Below are positions 24,380 through 37,690 of a DNA stretch of 64,000 nucleotides, piece after piece. Each line of letters starts with the position of its first letter. Positions within the stretch are counted from its first letter, which is position 1. The notes below the pieces were generated by a model. It was given only the letters and a program-made list of their open reading frames with translations, made no database searches and had not been told where the DNA came from. The DNA is taken from contig JAPEUD010000001.1 in NCBI GenBank assembly GCA_026026165.1, forward strand, positions 620,001 to 684,000, given 5' to 3'. This stretch comes from Sarea resinae (taxonomy: Eukaryota). A program made the translations under genes and the position numbers.

Positions 24380-27300
24380 TCAGATCAGATCATCATCGTA
24401 ATCATCCCAGCCCAAAGAAGCGTATATGGACCCCCCACCTCCTGCCCCCACCCCTCTCACATCCAGATCCAGATCCACGTCCACGTCCACATCCACACCC
24501 TCCTTCGTGCCCGCGTCATTCTGATGCTTACCTCCACCGCCTTCAACTATCCCACGAGAGGACTCAGGCGCAAAGATATTCTTCCTGAGAGTACCAGCAG
24601 CATCCCGTTTCGTAGGCGTCTCAGAGACATCTCGCGCAGGCGAATTCAAGGACTCGACGCTGACGCTCTTCCTATTCCGCGTCACGGACCCCGAAACCTT
24701 GAAAGCCGACGACGTAGACGAACGCGGTAGAGGGCGAGCCCGTTTCGCCGCCGTCGGCGACGTCATATCCATCTCTGCAGCCGATTCCATACCCCTATCC
24801 TCGTCCGTACCGTCCGCGATGTCGTGAGAAACATACCTGCCCTGGGCTCCTCGTGACGGGGTCTCCTGGGTCCCACCGGCTGCGTTGCCATCGACTGGTG
24901 CCATATTCCAAGATCTTGGTGCCGCACGAGGCTCGCTACCGGGGATACGAGGAGAGACATGGATGGCGGACCCGTATGTTTGGTTCGCTGTCGCGCTTTC
25001 TGCTACTATCATCGTATCCCTGGGGGCAGAATACGCAGATAAAGATGACGCCTTACTAGACGGGAACAATCCCTTTTGCTGCGGTTGCCTGGCATTCATC
25101 ACAGATGGCGGTGAGGCGTGAGAAGCTGAAATACCAGCGATGTGTTTTTGGCGGTTCGTCCTGGGCGTTGCTAGGACTTGTACGCCATTGCTACTGATAG
25201 TAATAGCACCACCGGAAGCAGCAAAGGATCGGTCACTAGAGGAGTTGCCTGCTTGTGTTGAGGACTTCTTTGGTTCTGTTGCTCCCAAATTAGATCGAGC
25301 ACACCCATTTAGGAGGCGAGGGAGAGGAGAATTGAACTGACGATACTTACTCCTTAGCTTGCCCCCCTCGCTGGTGCGACGTCGTTCTACCGACTCGACA
25401 AATTCCTTGGTTGCAACAACTCTATTAGGCTTTTTCAGTGCTGAGATTGCTTGCTTTAGCTCGTCCTCTACGTCCTTCTTTCTCTTCAACTTTGCCTCAT
25501 GGGACGTGGAAATCGCAAACAGATCGACTTCGCGCTGCGAAAATCGCCTGTACTTGTCTGTATCGTGCCGATGGGCGGTGATGGATTGCGATAGCGAGTC
25601 TTGCGTTGGAATAGTGTGAAGAAGAGGTGTCTCGCTCTTCTCACGCTTCAAGTTCGGCACAGAAGGAGCTCGTATGGCGCGGGCTGGTGCGGGCTGATGA
25701 CGGGATGCAGATTTGAGGTCACTTTGGGTTCGTTTGAGAGCTGACCGGGCATCGGAATGCGTGGCGGATCGCTTGATGGCGGCTCCAGGGCGAGACTGAG
25801 AGCTAGAAACCTTCGGAGCGTGTGAATGAGATGGCTGCGCGATTGGGGGACCGCCGAGCCGTTTGTTGACCATGGCGCATTCTTTGGGAAGACGGGAAGC
25901 GAAGCTGTGCACATACGCTGTTAGCATGCTGAAAGCAAAATGCCAGGGGCAATGGACTAACAAAGGAACTATGACTTCAATGCAAAAGTCACGCAATCCA
26001 TCATCCTCAGATTTTTTTGAACCGCCCTTCTCATGCTTTGTTTGGCTGTGTTCGTTGCTTGCTGATTTAGACATATCGATATCGGCATTGTTCACAGATT
26101 GCCATATGCACAGTCTGTCGATCAGCAATTCCAAAATCCAAGCCGGATCTTGTAGCTTCTTTCCTGCTCTTTTCTTGTGCAACTTTTCGTCCCCCTTCTT
26201 GGTTTCCTGGACATGGACACCAAGTTTTGTTTCTTTTGGCGCATTCATGGCCGCTCGATCTAATGCTAGAGTCTCGAGCACAAGAATGACTTGCAACTCT
26301 ATTTCTCGGGTCCGTAATTGGGCCAGCCTCCTCTTCAACCAGGCTTCCGTAGTCTCGGTAGGTTCAGCAGGGTCGCCCATCCTCCACCACTTCATCACGA
26401 ATTCCTCCTCTTGAGGAAACAAGCCGTCTTTTCCTGGTTGCATCTTCTTCTTCCTTCGTTTCCTTTTTCGTCCCCCTGACCCATCTTCAAAATCAGAGAG
26501 ATTTCCAAGAGGAGTCGACTGGACTAAATTCGTAAGGCTCTCCCGGTACTTTTTGTCCATCGAGTTCAATGGAAGGATCAGTGATTTCAGAGCGGCCGCC
26601 AAGTCCGATGGTGATGCTGCTGAGTCCGTATCTCTATGGAATGATGCACGAGCACGCGAGAGAGGCCCCTTGGCAAAGTAGGCAAGCGACGTCTTAGTAT
26701 CGTCAGCGTTAGCCAAAGAAGAAATGATGAAGATAGGCTAGAGCCACACCTTTGATATGTATAGCGCTTCCAGATATTGCGAAATAACTATGTCAATTGC
26801 TTCTTGTGGTGTGGGTAAATTGTCTACCGTGCTCTCTGTGGGAACGAGTTCACCACTAAAAACCTTAGAGAGCTCTACTTGAGTGGGCTTGAACAGCTTC
26901 TGTTCGCTCTCATCGATAAGGCGCTTCATGCAAGTGCGGACCATGCCATTCTCTGCCTCAATTCCACCCCTCGAAACCGAAGAGCTCACATCGTATTCAA
27001 TGGCTGCTGGGCCCCACCATTGATCTTCGAATCTATTGGCAGCCGAGCTCAAGACGGCCAATGAACCTCCACTGCAAGCGGGCGCGGCTGTTGCACGGAG
27101 AGTCTCTAGGTTCACCCCGTGGGCAAGCCGACAGATCGCATAGATGCTACTTCGAACCCGCTCGACAGCACATAAGACTTGATCGTCATCAAGCTTCGAT
27201 ATGAGGACCTGAGGTTCATTATTGTTGACATCTCCGTGTAAAGATGTCTCCAATTCTTCGATTTTTGAGGAGAATAGGCGGGTTGTGGAATTGATGGCAT

Positions 27301-27651
27301 TACCGGTCACAGCGAGGCAGCTTAGAGGCAAACGAGATCGAGGCAGTAATAACAACGGTGAGAGGTATTGAGGTCGGTCGGACGCCGAGAACGGATGAGG
27401 CTGCAGGTAACACCATGAGTTGGTAATCATGAACGTAACTGTAGCCGTGGATTCGGACTTACCTGTATGATCAAGGGCTCCTTTGGAAGTTGTCCCAAAT
27501 TTCCAGAAGGGCGTTTCCGCTTCCTCGAGGCGCCAGCAGAGGTCCTATCGGTATTACTGTTGGTGCTCTCGGACAAAGGCGTTAGGATGCCATACTCTGT
27601 CGGCCACGTCCGGTGCTGTACGTCCGAGAGCAGTTCACTTGCTATTGGCAT
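24380..27651 (-). CDS. SLD3: DNA replication initiation factor Sld3
   Basis: Exons ~27651-27463, 27400-26750, 26692-25962, 25904-25351 and 25275-24380. Sld3-family blocks QYLEALYISK/TSLAYFAKGPLSRARA, LRTREIELQVILVLETLAL, LELLIDRLCIWQS and LRDFCIEVIVPFFASRLP; C-terminal SIYASLGWDD. Start codon uncertain. Confidence 0.88.
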
Positions 27652-27782
27652 GGCGGCATGCTTCAAAGATAGCCAGGCGGTCCACGACCGAGATATCTCA
27701 ATTGATCCTCTGCCAAGGCATAGGGCTGAAGTCGTGGATACTGAGTTTAGACTATCTAGGCCCTCCGCCTCAACGCACCGAA

Positions 27783-27808
27783 GCGCGTGTTCGAGTTCGC
27801 GTTTCGTG
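27783..27808. promoter_or_regulatory. MCB/SCB-like G1/S elements upstream of SLD3
   Basis: On the minus strand: CACGAAA (27808-27802), ACGCGAA (27802-27796) and ACGCGC (27788-27783), 130-160 bp before the ATG. Confidence 0.5.
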
Positions 27809-28658
27809 ACGTAGCGGAGTATACTTACAACGTTGTAGTGACGTCCCTCGGGACCACCGGCGATGGCGAAGGAAGACTGCCAAGCTACACGTAATCAAGT
27901 ACTTCACTAATCTCATGCGACAGGCCGAGGGAATATCAACGATCATTAATGAACCACATCATCTCAGTCAACAAAATGTTACTATCAATTCTTTATTAGC
28001 AAATCGGATTACCGGTGCAAATCTCGCTCAGCTCAATCTGACAATTGCAAATCGATAGTCCTACCGCTGTCCAAAACATCGACATCGATCACTGCATCCT
28101 GAGGCAATTCACATCTGAAACAGTGATTCCGTGTCAGTCATCCGACTCGTACTGCCTATATACTAGACCAGCTCCGGGCCTTCAGTGCGATGAGCAAGTG
28201 GGCAAGTTGGCCCTGAGACGGATACATTGGAAGGAGAAGAATAATTATGATGAGATTCTGTTAAGCCAACGTTGGATCCTAATCCAACGCTGGCACGATC
28301 GAAGCGTGTAGAGAATTAGACCTAGACAAAGAAACCGAACGAGGGTAGTTGAGACAAAACATCCAGACGGACAGATAGGGGTACTAAAAGAAAAGAACGA
28401 CGCACAGAACGAATAGAAACGAAGTAGATGAACGAAACAACACCTATACCATCCCGTCCCTAGTTCCTTACAAGAATGAAAATGAACAAGACCAATTTCG
28501 TGGCAAAACAAGGTGATCAAAATCCAATGCACTACCCATGCACCCCAAGGAAGAAAGGAAAAGCACAGCTATTTCAAATTATAGTGAGAGAAAGCATCTC
28601 CAACTTCAAGACTAAAAAGGAGACTCCACGATCATATGGGACTCCATCATCCGTACCA

Positions 28659-30939
28659 TTAGTAGCCCGGCCATCCAGGCTGAGCGGGCGCACCTGGGCC
28701 AGAAGGAGCCCAACCAGGCATTCCAGGCTGCTGTCCACCTGTCGTCTGCTGATGTAACATCTGTTGTTGTTGATTCGGGTTCGAGCCGTACAGCCCCCTT
28801 CCACCAGGAGGATAGCCGCTCGAATTAAGACCTTGACCAACCTGATATGCCATTGGCCCTCCGTGCATGGAGCCGCTCGGCTGATGATGAAGCTGAGGCG
28901 GCGGGTGATGCGGGGACTGCTGTGCATGGGGAGACGTTTGTACGGGAGTATTATATTGCGGAATACCATGGGACGATAGAGGGGATTGCTGAGGTTGGGG
29001 AGGAGGCCACATCTGATTAGATGGGGGGTAGCCGTAAGGAGAGCCTTGGCTGTGATTCTGGGAGCCGAGGCCAAGACCCGAAGATCTTTGGTGTAGTTGA
29101 TCTGGGCGGACAGACTGGGCAGCACTTCTGACGGGTGACTGAGATAGTATGTTTTGCTGATGTTGCTGCTGCGAATATGCCTGAGGAGTCATCATTTGGG
29201 ATGGTGCTCGCTGCTGAGAGGAGATCATGGGCTGCTGTGAGGACCCTAAAACGCCACTTGACGCGAGCTGTGGAGATTGTATGGTTTGGCTAACGGTCGA
29301 AGCGGGATCATTTTGGGCGACGGCATGCTGTTGTGCTGGGGAGACTGGTGGATCGCGATTCTGCTTCCAAAAATCGTCCAGATACTTGGCTCTGTGACTG
29401 CGCTGTTGACCTAATATCTTATTGAAATCTGCTGTATGCGCAGCTTGTCCAAGTATTTCCGTTGCACTACTCGGCTGTGTCCGGTCTTGATATGGAGGAC
29501 CAGATATCTCTTGCCTAGGACGTGGCACGTTTCCATAGTCTCTCAGGCGTAGATCGTCAGCTGGTGCCAAATGAATCATCGGCAAGGGTGCCAGCGAAGC
29601 TCCAGCCGAGCTGCTCAGACCTCCGGGCTGGAGGGTCTGTGGTTGCCCGTGACCTTCAAGGTGTCCAGGACCATTGCTATAGACAATTTCTCCATGATGT
29701 CCCAAGGCAGACACTGCATTGGCAGCTTCTGCAGCAGCCGTTTCTCTGGCCTTTGTAGCTCCTGGCCTCTTCTCCCCAGCAGGATCATCTTCGGTGAAGC
29801 CTTGCTTGATGGCCTTGCTTTCCCAGTAGTCATCGCGGACGCGTCTTCCGTTGACAATCACCCTACTCCCAAACTGCCGGAACATTGATTTAGCCGTAAC
29901 AATAGCGATCTGTCGTGATCGATAAGAATAGGGCAGAATCTCTTGTGAAATCAGATCGTCTTTCTCGGTTTGTGAGGCAATGATCTTGAACAGCGACCTG
30001 TTCTTGTTAAAAAGCAGATAGGAGTCCCGATATCCCAGCACTCTAGCACATTCGGTGGCAAGCATGAACAGTCTCTCGCCTCTATTGGGGACCCTAAAGG
30101 TCCGACACCTGTATTCCCGTCCTTCCATCGGATACCCTGTCGGGGAGACTTTCCTTTCCCCGGCTTCGTCGTACTCTCGCGGTATATATTCATCACCCTC
30201 CGGACTCAGCTGATCAGTCGTGTGGTCTCGAACAGTTGGAAGAGCTTTGACGACTGTTTTTGTAGGCGTGGGCTTCTGTGGAGATGCCTGTGTAGGGGTC
30301 TGCAGGTTTGTATGCTGCGGTAGCGACTGCGACTGCAGCTGCGGTGTCTGAGTTTGAGGAGCCATGGTTCCTGGACCTTGTGGCGATGTTGAAAGAGGAC
30401 TTTCAGAGGTTCCTCCAGCTCCTTTCATCTGTTTCGGTGGTCTTCCCCGCTTTCGCGGCTTTTGATCGTCTGGAACGGAACACGAGATCAGCGCTGAGCT
30501 ATGTAGCAGTTTCTAATGTCGCGTTGACATACCATCATCATCGTCACCTCCTTCGCCGGGAGCTGGTATATCCCGATACTGATCTGGCGAACGACTTCGC
30601 TTGACGCCTCGTGGGCTGGCAGAAGGCGCGTTGATAGATGCCGGAGTGGGCAGAACTGCTGTAACAATACGATACCGTCAGAGCGTGATTCGAGAACAAA
30701 GAGATCAAATAAAGAGAGCAAGGCGAGAAGCGTCGCAGCTTTCAAGCACGCGATTTTGAAGCAGCTAGGGGCTTTGCGACGAGACATGGGATAAGAGCAA
30801 GACCAGAGCAGCGATGAAATGATGAGAAAAGATAGTTACCGGCATTCAGCGCAGCCGGGTTGATCGTACCCGAGCCGTCCATGATGCCGCCACCCATACC
30901 ATTCATCGATGTCGATACCGGATGCGACGCTGAATACAT
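28659..30939 (-). CDS. RSC7: RSC / SWI-SNF chromatin-remodelling subunit Rsc7/Swp82 (Npl6), with AT-hook and Q/P-rich tail
   Basis: Exons 30939-30840, ~30658-30533 and 30469-28659. AT-hook RKRGRPPK. Rsc7/Swp82 core KALPTVRDHTTDQL..DEYIPREYDEAGERKV...LFMLATECARVLGYRDSYLLFNKNRSL...RQFGSRVIVNGRRVRDDYWE. Confidence 0.9.
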
Positions 30940-32295
30940 TATCGCGAATGTCGAAAGCCAGCGACACTATCGCAGTATTGCTCTTGGTGGTGACACCTCT
31001 GGGATGGCTCGTCGAGCGCGGCGTCGAATCGACGACGTAAGATCGTCTGGCGAGATAGGTCGCATGCAGAGGAACCGAGATCCACACGAGCAAGCAGGCA
31101 GACAAAGCGGCTAGCGGTTCACGAGCGGGTTGGGCTCAAGGCGGTGAGTTGCGAAGATGGTCGAGATGGTGTTAAAAGCTTCCTGCGATTGGACCGAAGA
31201 CAACAGGAAGGGTCAGAAGAATCGACGCGATGCGAGATCGCGACAGCGGTGATGTCGTACACTTGGGGATGGGGGAGGAGGGGTGTTGTGGTGAGGCGCG
31301 CTGTGTGGCCAAACAAGCGAGAGGCTCCAACCGGGGCCGAACGCTCGACTCGAGTCAATCAATACCTTGGAGGAGGGAGGAGGATGTGACGAGACCTCGG
31401 TGATAGATGACGATGATAGCCTGGAGGGCCCTCGAGCTCTCTTCCTCTCTCAGCGACGATACCGATTCCGACAAAGCCGGCACTGACGAGCCACTCCCCA
31501 ATGACGGGTGTCGCCGCACCCTTTCATCCACGGCTGTACGATGCAGATAGTCGAAGATCAGTTTGGATTTTCGTAGGCTATCATGGCAAATGGAACCGAC
31601 ATCATTGGGTGAATGCACCTTCGGGGCATGCGCGTATGGATGGATCGGCTGGGGGTTCAGGGTCCGAGTCCTTCCACCACCGCTGCACAGCTGGAGGCCC
31701 ACCAGAGAGCGGTCGGGAAATGAGAAAGCCTTATCGGAGATAATTTCGTAGAAAGGGCCCACTGTGATTTGATTCCCTACAATAGCGATAGGAAGAAAAA
31801 GGTATCAGGACGAGGCGTTAATATCTTGCTGCGTCCAAACTGGAAACGCATAGGGTCAAGGACTTTGAAAGGTCTTTTTCCCTCTTTCCGAGCCGTAGTC
31901 GTCGTACTTTCCGTTTCTCCCTCCAGAGTCGGTTCAGTTCAGTGAGGCGGGCGGGCCATCGGGTGCCCCAGGCGAGATCTCCAGTGGTTGAGTGTAGAAC
32001 AGTAGACTTTAGTGATCGATGCCCGCAGACTCGGATATGGGACGTAGTAGTCGGAGGGTGATTATTGCTAAGGTATGCGACCATGGATATGGATACAATG
32101 CTTCAACGACAGCGACGATGATGGCGAGAGGTCTAGACGTGTCGGGTATGTGGTAAACAGACAGATGTGGCTACCGAAGCTGTCGACTACCACTGGGGCG
32201 AGCTCACTGGATGGGGAAGTAATCGAACTAGATTGTGGAGGAGACTTATGGATGGATGGGAGGATAGCCGGAAATCAAGTAAAGTACCGCAGATT

Positions 32296-32340
32296 AAGGC
32301 AAGGCAAGGCAAGGCAAGGCAAGGCAAGGCAAGGCAAGGC
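32296..32340. repeat. (AAGGC)9 microsatellite
   Basis: Read directly. Confidence 0.95.
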
Positions 32341-35300
32341 GGTAAGGTAGTAGCTGGAGGTAAAGCTACTCAAGGTGAAGACCAGCCACGCGGGATGGTG
32401 GACGAAGAAGGGGATGCGGCGCGATATGTGGAATGTTGATAACTAGGTACTCGAGTACTAGGCAGTCATGATGATGATGATGATCTTTGCGCCGGTGAAA
32501 ATCATTACGAATACTGCAGGGCTCCCAGTACTTCAGTTTCAGGCGTAGCTGGAGCAAGCTGCTGTTGCTTGTTGTCTCTGCTCTTGTTCCTACTCCGGAG
32601 TACTATAGCTGGCGGGTGATGCTGCTGCTACTGCTACTCCTATCCCTATCACTATCATCACCGATGCTGCTGCTGCTGCCGCCGCCGCCGCCGCCGCTGC
32701 TGATGCCCGCGAAGTTGCCTTAGCTGTCCCGCCGGTCCTTGCGTCTAACCGCAGCAGTTGACCCATTCGGGGATGATGGACAAGGGGACGTTATTCGGGA
32801 CCGCGAATAGTACAGGATCAAGTACGAAGTTACAGTACAAGCAAGGACCAGCCGTGATCGCCCACAGCGGTGCAAGCAAGATGATCGTTTGACTGGCGCT
32901 ACCACGCGTAGGGGGGAGGGGGAGGGTAATGGAAACAGTAAGGTTGCCGTCCAGCGAGTCACGCTCGGCTGTTGATGGGGGTGGGCCAAAAGCAGAGGAA
33001 TGTGGAGGGGCGAAAGGGATCAAGGTTGTCCTAGAGTACGGAACCAACGTTCAACCGGATCGTAGAGAGTGCGTTCCCTCTTCTCCAGGAGGGCAAACTA
33101 TGTACGTGTGTGTGTTTGTGTGAGTGTGTGTGTGTGTGCATGAGAGCGTGCGTATGGCTGAAGGACGACCCAAGGGTCCATGATGTTGATGCTAATGCTG
33201 CAACGCAATCATGGATTACGGAACCATGAATCAAATTAATTGCCTGGACACTCTAGCCTACCTAGTCTATTCTTCTGACTGGGGTCACGCTCTAGCCGGA
33301 GAATCAAATGTCTGGCGATTCAATCGGGCAATATTTGATATATATCAATCCTGCTTCAGGCGCCGCCGACTCGACTTGCAATGTGCTTCGCCGGAAAGTC
33401 AAATTTAGGCCGGAGCTGATTCCTTGAATCGTTTATTATGATGACCTGATCCCCTCTTGACCGTGAGCAACGAGACGCCACCGCTCTCCCTTCGGTCTTT
33501 AACATGGCCTTGAGCTCCAAAGGCTTCTGGGTCTGACCAATCAGGGACCCTACACCAAACGCCGCCATCACAGTCATGGTCATGGTTCAAGCCCCATATC
33601 AGTCCGTCAGGCAGGCAGTCAGTACCATGGTATGTTGTAGAGATCCTGGCGTTTGGCATGTGGGAATTGCGGAAAGAGGGGTCGACTGTTGGGCGACACC
33701 ACTGGACGGGCCGAGAGTGAGACGGGAGACATAATGAGGTCAGCGACTAGGCTGGATCGAGCCTGTGATGACCCCCAGGGCAATGCGCTCAGGTAGGTAG
33801 GTACCATGTAGGAGCAGAAGTCCGATAGACTAAATTATATCTTTACCTTTGGCGCATTTGCCGATGACTCCTCGTGCTTTTCTCCAACCCGCAATTCGCG
33901 ACCATGGCCCGAATCTCACTACCTTAATGTCATGTACTCCATGCAAGGACGGGCCAGGGAAGGTGAGTGTACGAAGTACTGCGTAGAGACAGGAGCTAGC
34001 GAGAACGTGGCCGTCCATCCACAACGACCGCGCCCATCATCTATTTCGAGGCATCGGGGCGCGGGCGTGTGGTCTGTGTGAGTTTGTGAGTGCATGTGCA
34101 GAAATGCGAGATCGGTACGACCACCACGCCGCCCTTTGCCTCGTTCTTTCGAGATAGGGTATGTTGTTTCAGGGCCTCATCCAAGTCTGGCCGTGGCGAA
34201 ATGCGACATGGATCAATCTTGTCCGGCGTAGGCTGATGATGGGGCAGAGCGCGCCACCTTGGCCCGTGTCGACGAGGCGCAAGGCGTCCGTATTTGGACC
34301 GAAGCAGCATCTCCAGCGAGACTCGAGCCTTAGTCGGGACACGATGCTCGCTGGGATGATGATTCTGGCATGATTGCAAGACTTGCCCCCATCGCTTAAA
34401 CATTCTCCCCATCCTCCGGAGCGCACGAAGATCGTCGCGATGGATACAAAGGCGAGTCACGCGTGACAAGGAATGTATGCTCGAGCGAAGGAGCCGCACG
34501 CTTCCGAACTGCCCTTTGCTGCCTGTCTGAAATCCCAAAGCCGGGAGGCAGAAGGGGAAACTAAGGGCTGCACGAGAGCAGATGACATGTTGACTGGATG
34601 AGTCCAAGCTGAGACAACGTCTAGCGCCGTCCGCCGGCCGCGGGCCCTCCCGAGTTGGAGGAGCGGGTAGAGTCTTCCCACGGTCCGTTCATAAAAGCGA
34701 CATTTCTGCCTTTATGAAGTAGAGTAGAGCATCCATCCATACAAGATGGAGGTAGAGTAGCAGATGAGGTAGTACGAGGTGGAAAACATGGTAGAATTTC
34801 ATTGGAACCTCGTACGTCGAGGGAAGCTATGGACCACTAGAAATGCTCCCAAGACTCTCAAAGGTAACTCGTATGGGTGTATTGCCCCATCCCCCGTCCC
34901 TCCCCATCCCCCTTCCCTTATCCCCCTCCTTCGTCCCCACCAGATCTCCCTTCGAGTCGAAAAGCTTCGTGCATCCATAGATACTATCATTCATCCAATG
35001 GATAAGCACCTCTCACTCGCTCGACACTGCGCCGAGCCAATCGCACATTTACCCTCCATCCTACGCCGGCCCCCCCTCCCCCGCTAATCCATTCTCCGCC
35101 CAACTAGCTGCAGAATCTGAACGCAAGATGACTGCAGCCTGCATTCTGCCTTTCGCATGATCCCATGAGAAATGCAAATCCATGCCATTACCCGTATTCT
35201 GACAGCAACAATCAAACTTCTTTTTCTTCCATGTCGCGAGATAGGCCCATTTTGGATTTCGAAACAGCTAGGATCGACCAAGAGGAAGGCCTGTGATCGT

Positions 35301-36164
35301 GCACCTTTGAAACTGTTACTTCTATCTCTTCGACAAGCTTCTGTTCCGTAGACTGTCGGGTGACCGTATACCATAACTTTGTGCTTCCTTTGGAGCCGGT
35401 TTAATCAGAGACACCGGGAAGCCTTTTTTATCCAGGCGCCAGATAGGCGGGTCTACCCTGATGTCAGACTACAACGTCTTTGTTTTCCACGTCTTTGTCT
35501 TCGAGCTTCGTACAAGCATGGCCCTCGTCGACCCTGTATGATTCGTATGCTTTCGGGCAAGACAATGTGCAAAACTTGGGTATCAAGTGTTTGAAGTCTC
35601 AGCAGTGCAACTTCACCCATACGCTCATGCAGATACCCGTCTTCGCGCATCCTAAGCTCGCGCGCTTCATGACGTGAGCCAGGGCTATTGTGACCCCTCT
35701 ACTCTTTGAGACTCCCATGCGCGATCTTCTCCATGCAGAAGCTACACAATGTCATCTATTAATGTTTGATTGATGTTGTAGGATATGACAAGGATGAATT
35801 GTCTAAGTAGATACAACATCGTCCCTCGTCCCCTCTATGTTCTCTGCCCCTCATCTCGACAAGCAATCAGTAAGGCAGTCGAGCGGGGAGCTGGCCATAT
35901 CGGCCACTATGCAGAGAAAATGTTGAAATTCTCCAAACGCCCGTGCTCAGCCATGCCTCTTGACAGATGCTCTATGTTGAATAACTTTTCCCCCCCTTCC
36001 CAGCATAGCATAAGAAAAGCTTTTGGGAGTATCCAAATGCTCGGTCAAGTTGTTGAAGCCATGCATACGTTTCGTCATAACCACCGTGAAAAGAACAAAA
36101 GAAAATTATCTATGCAAACAAGGCTTGTTAAAAGGAATTCCGAAGTGAAAAGAACGATTGGGCT

Positions 36165-37690
36165 CTAATACTGAAGCAGCTTAGGCTTCTCCCAGGTGAA
36201 CTCTTGGTTGGTGAAGTGTCCATTCTTTGCCGTCTTGCAGTAGATGGGGTTGATCAGGTTGAGCTCCTTGACGATGACACCAGGTCTCAGATCGAAGTTT
36301 GCCTGAATGATGTCGACCAGCTCATCCGAGGTTCTGTCCGATGTACCGTAAGACTCGACAAACAGGGAGAGGGGCTCGGCAACACCAATGGCATACGAGA
36401 GCTGAACGAGCGCACGGCGCGCCAACTTCGAATGAACGAGCGATTTGGCGATCCAGCGGGCGAGGTAGGCAGCTGAACGATCGACCTTTGAGTAATCCTT
36501 ACCGGAGAAAGCACCTCCTCCGTGGGCACCCCATCCTCCGTAGGTGTCGACAATGATCTTACGACCAGTGAGACCAGCATCTCCCTGAGGGCCACCAATA
36601 ATGAATAGTCCTGAAGGTTGGATCTATGAAAGCATCAGCCATGAAAGATGATAGAATTTATCGGACTCTTGTGGAATACTAACGTGGTACTTCGTGTGCT
36701 CGTCGAGGTACCTCTCTGGGATAACCTTCTTCACAATCTTCTCCTTGATCTCCTTTCGGAGCTCCTCGGTTGAGATATCCGGGCTGTGCTGGGCGCTGAC
36801 GACGACTGTGTCCACTCTCTTGGGAACGACGGCTCCGCCATCGTGCTCGTATTCAACAGTGACCTGGGTCTTGGTGTCGGGTCGCAGCCATGGCAGAGAT
36901 CCGTCATTACGAGCAGTCGTCATGGCAAAGTTGAGCTTGTGGGCCAGCTGAAGAGTCAGCGGCAAGAGTTCGGGTGTCTCGTCGGTTGCATAACCGAACA
37001 TGATGCCTTGGTCACCGGCGCCGAGCTTCTCGAGTGCCTCATCGTAATGAAGACCCTGAGCGATGTCGGGCGACTGCTCCTCGATGGCAACCAAGACGTT
37101 GCAGGTACGGTAGTCGAAGCCCTTCTCGGAGCTGTCATAGCCGATGTCCTTGATCGTATTGCGGATGATTTTCTGATAGTCGAGTTTGGCCTTGGTTGTG
37201 ATTTCACCGAACACCATGATCATACCTGTGGGGAAATCGGTCAGGAATTGCACAGCTATTCCGGTGTTGGATCACTTACCAGTCTTCGTAGCAGTTTCGC
37301 AGGCAACCTTGAAGTTGGTCGAATATCAGCACCATTGTGATGACGGGAGAGTCGAATGCAAGCCGAATGGGCGGCTCCGCAGATGGAGCGAAAGGGAGCA
37401 GGCAGGAGAGATAAGAGCCTCGGAAGTGAATTGAAAGGGAAGTGACTAGGCATTCGTTGCCTACTACATGATTTGCGTACCTTGGAGAGAGGGTCCTCTG
37501 CGAGGCAGGCATCGAGGATGGCATCGGAGACCTGATCGCTGTGGGGGAAAAGCCCAACATCAGCGCCATTTCACGACATTGAACCAAATCAGACGACTCA
37601 CGCAATCTTATCCGGGTGGCCCTCACCGACGGACTCGGAAGTGAAGAGAAAGGAATTGCCCTTCTTGGCACCATTGCTTTGACTGACCAT
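36165..37690 (-). CDS. SAM2: S-adenosylmethionine synthetase (methionine adenosyltransferase)
   Basis: Exons 37690-37602, 37538-37481, 37307-37280, 37225-36684 and 36623-36165. Signatures [62 protein letters not shown] and GGGAFSGKD. Confidence 0.97.

Noticed and set aside
33575..33605. GGTTCAAGCCCC resembling a tRNA T-loop
   Set aside because: No proper 5-bp T-stem, D-arm or acceptor stem could be built.
34041..35680. ORFs of up to 188 aa between RSC7 and SAM synthetase
   Set aside because: No domain similarity or convincing spliced model.
35780..36164. METTL16-type UACAGAGAA hairpins in the SAM synthetase 3' UTR, as in MAT2A
   Set aside because: Only GGCAGAGAA was found; the UAC core is missing.
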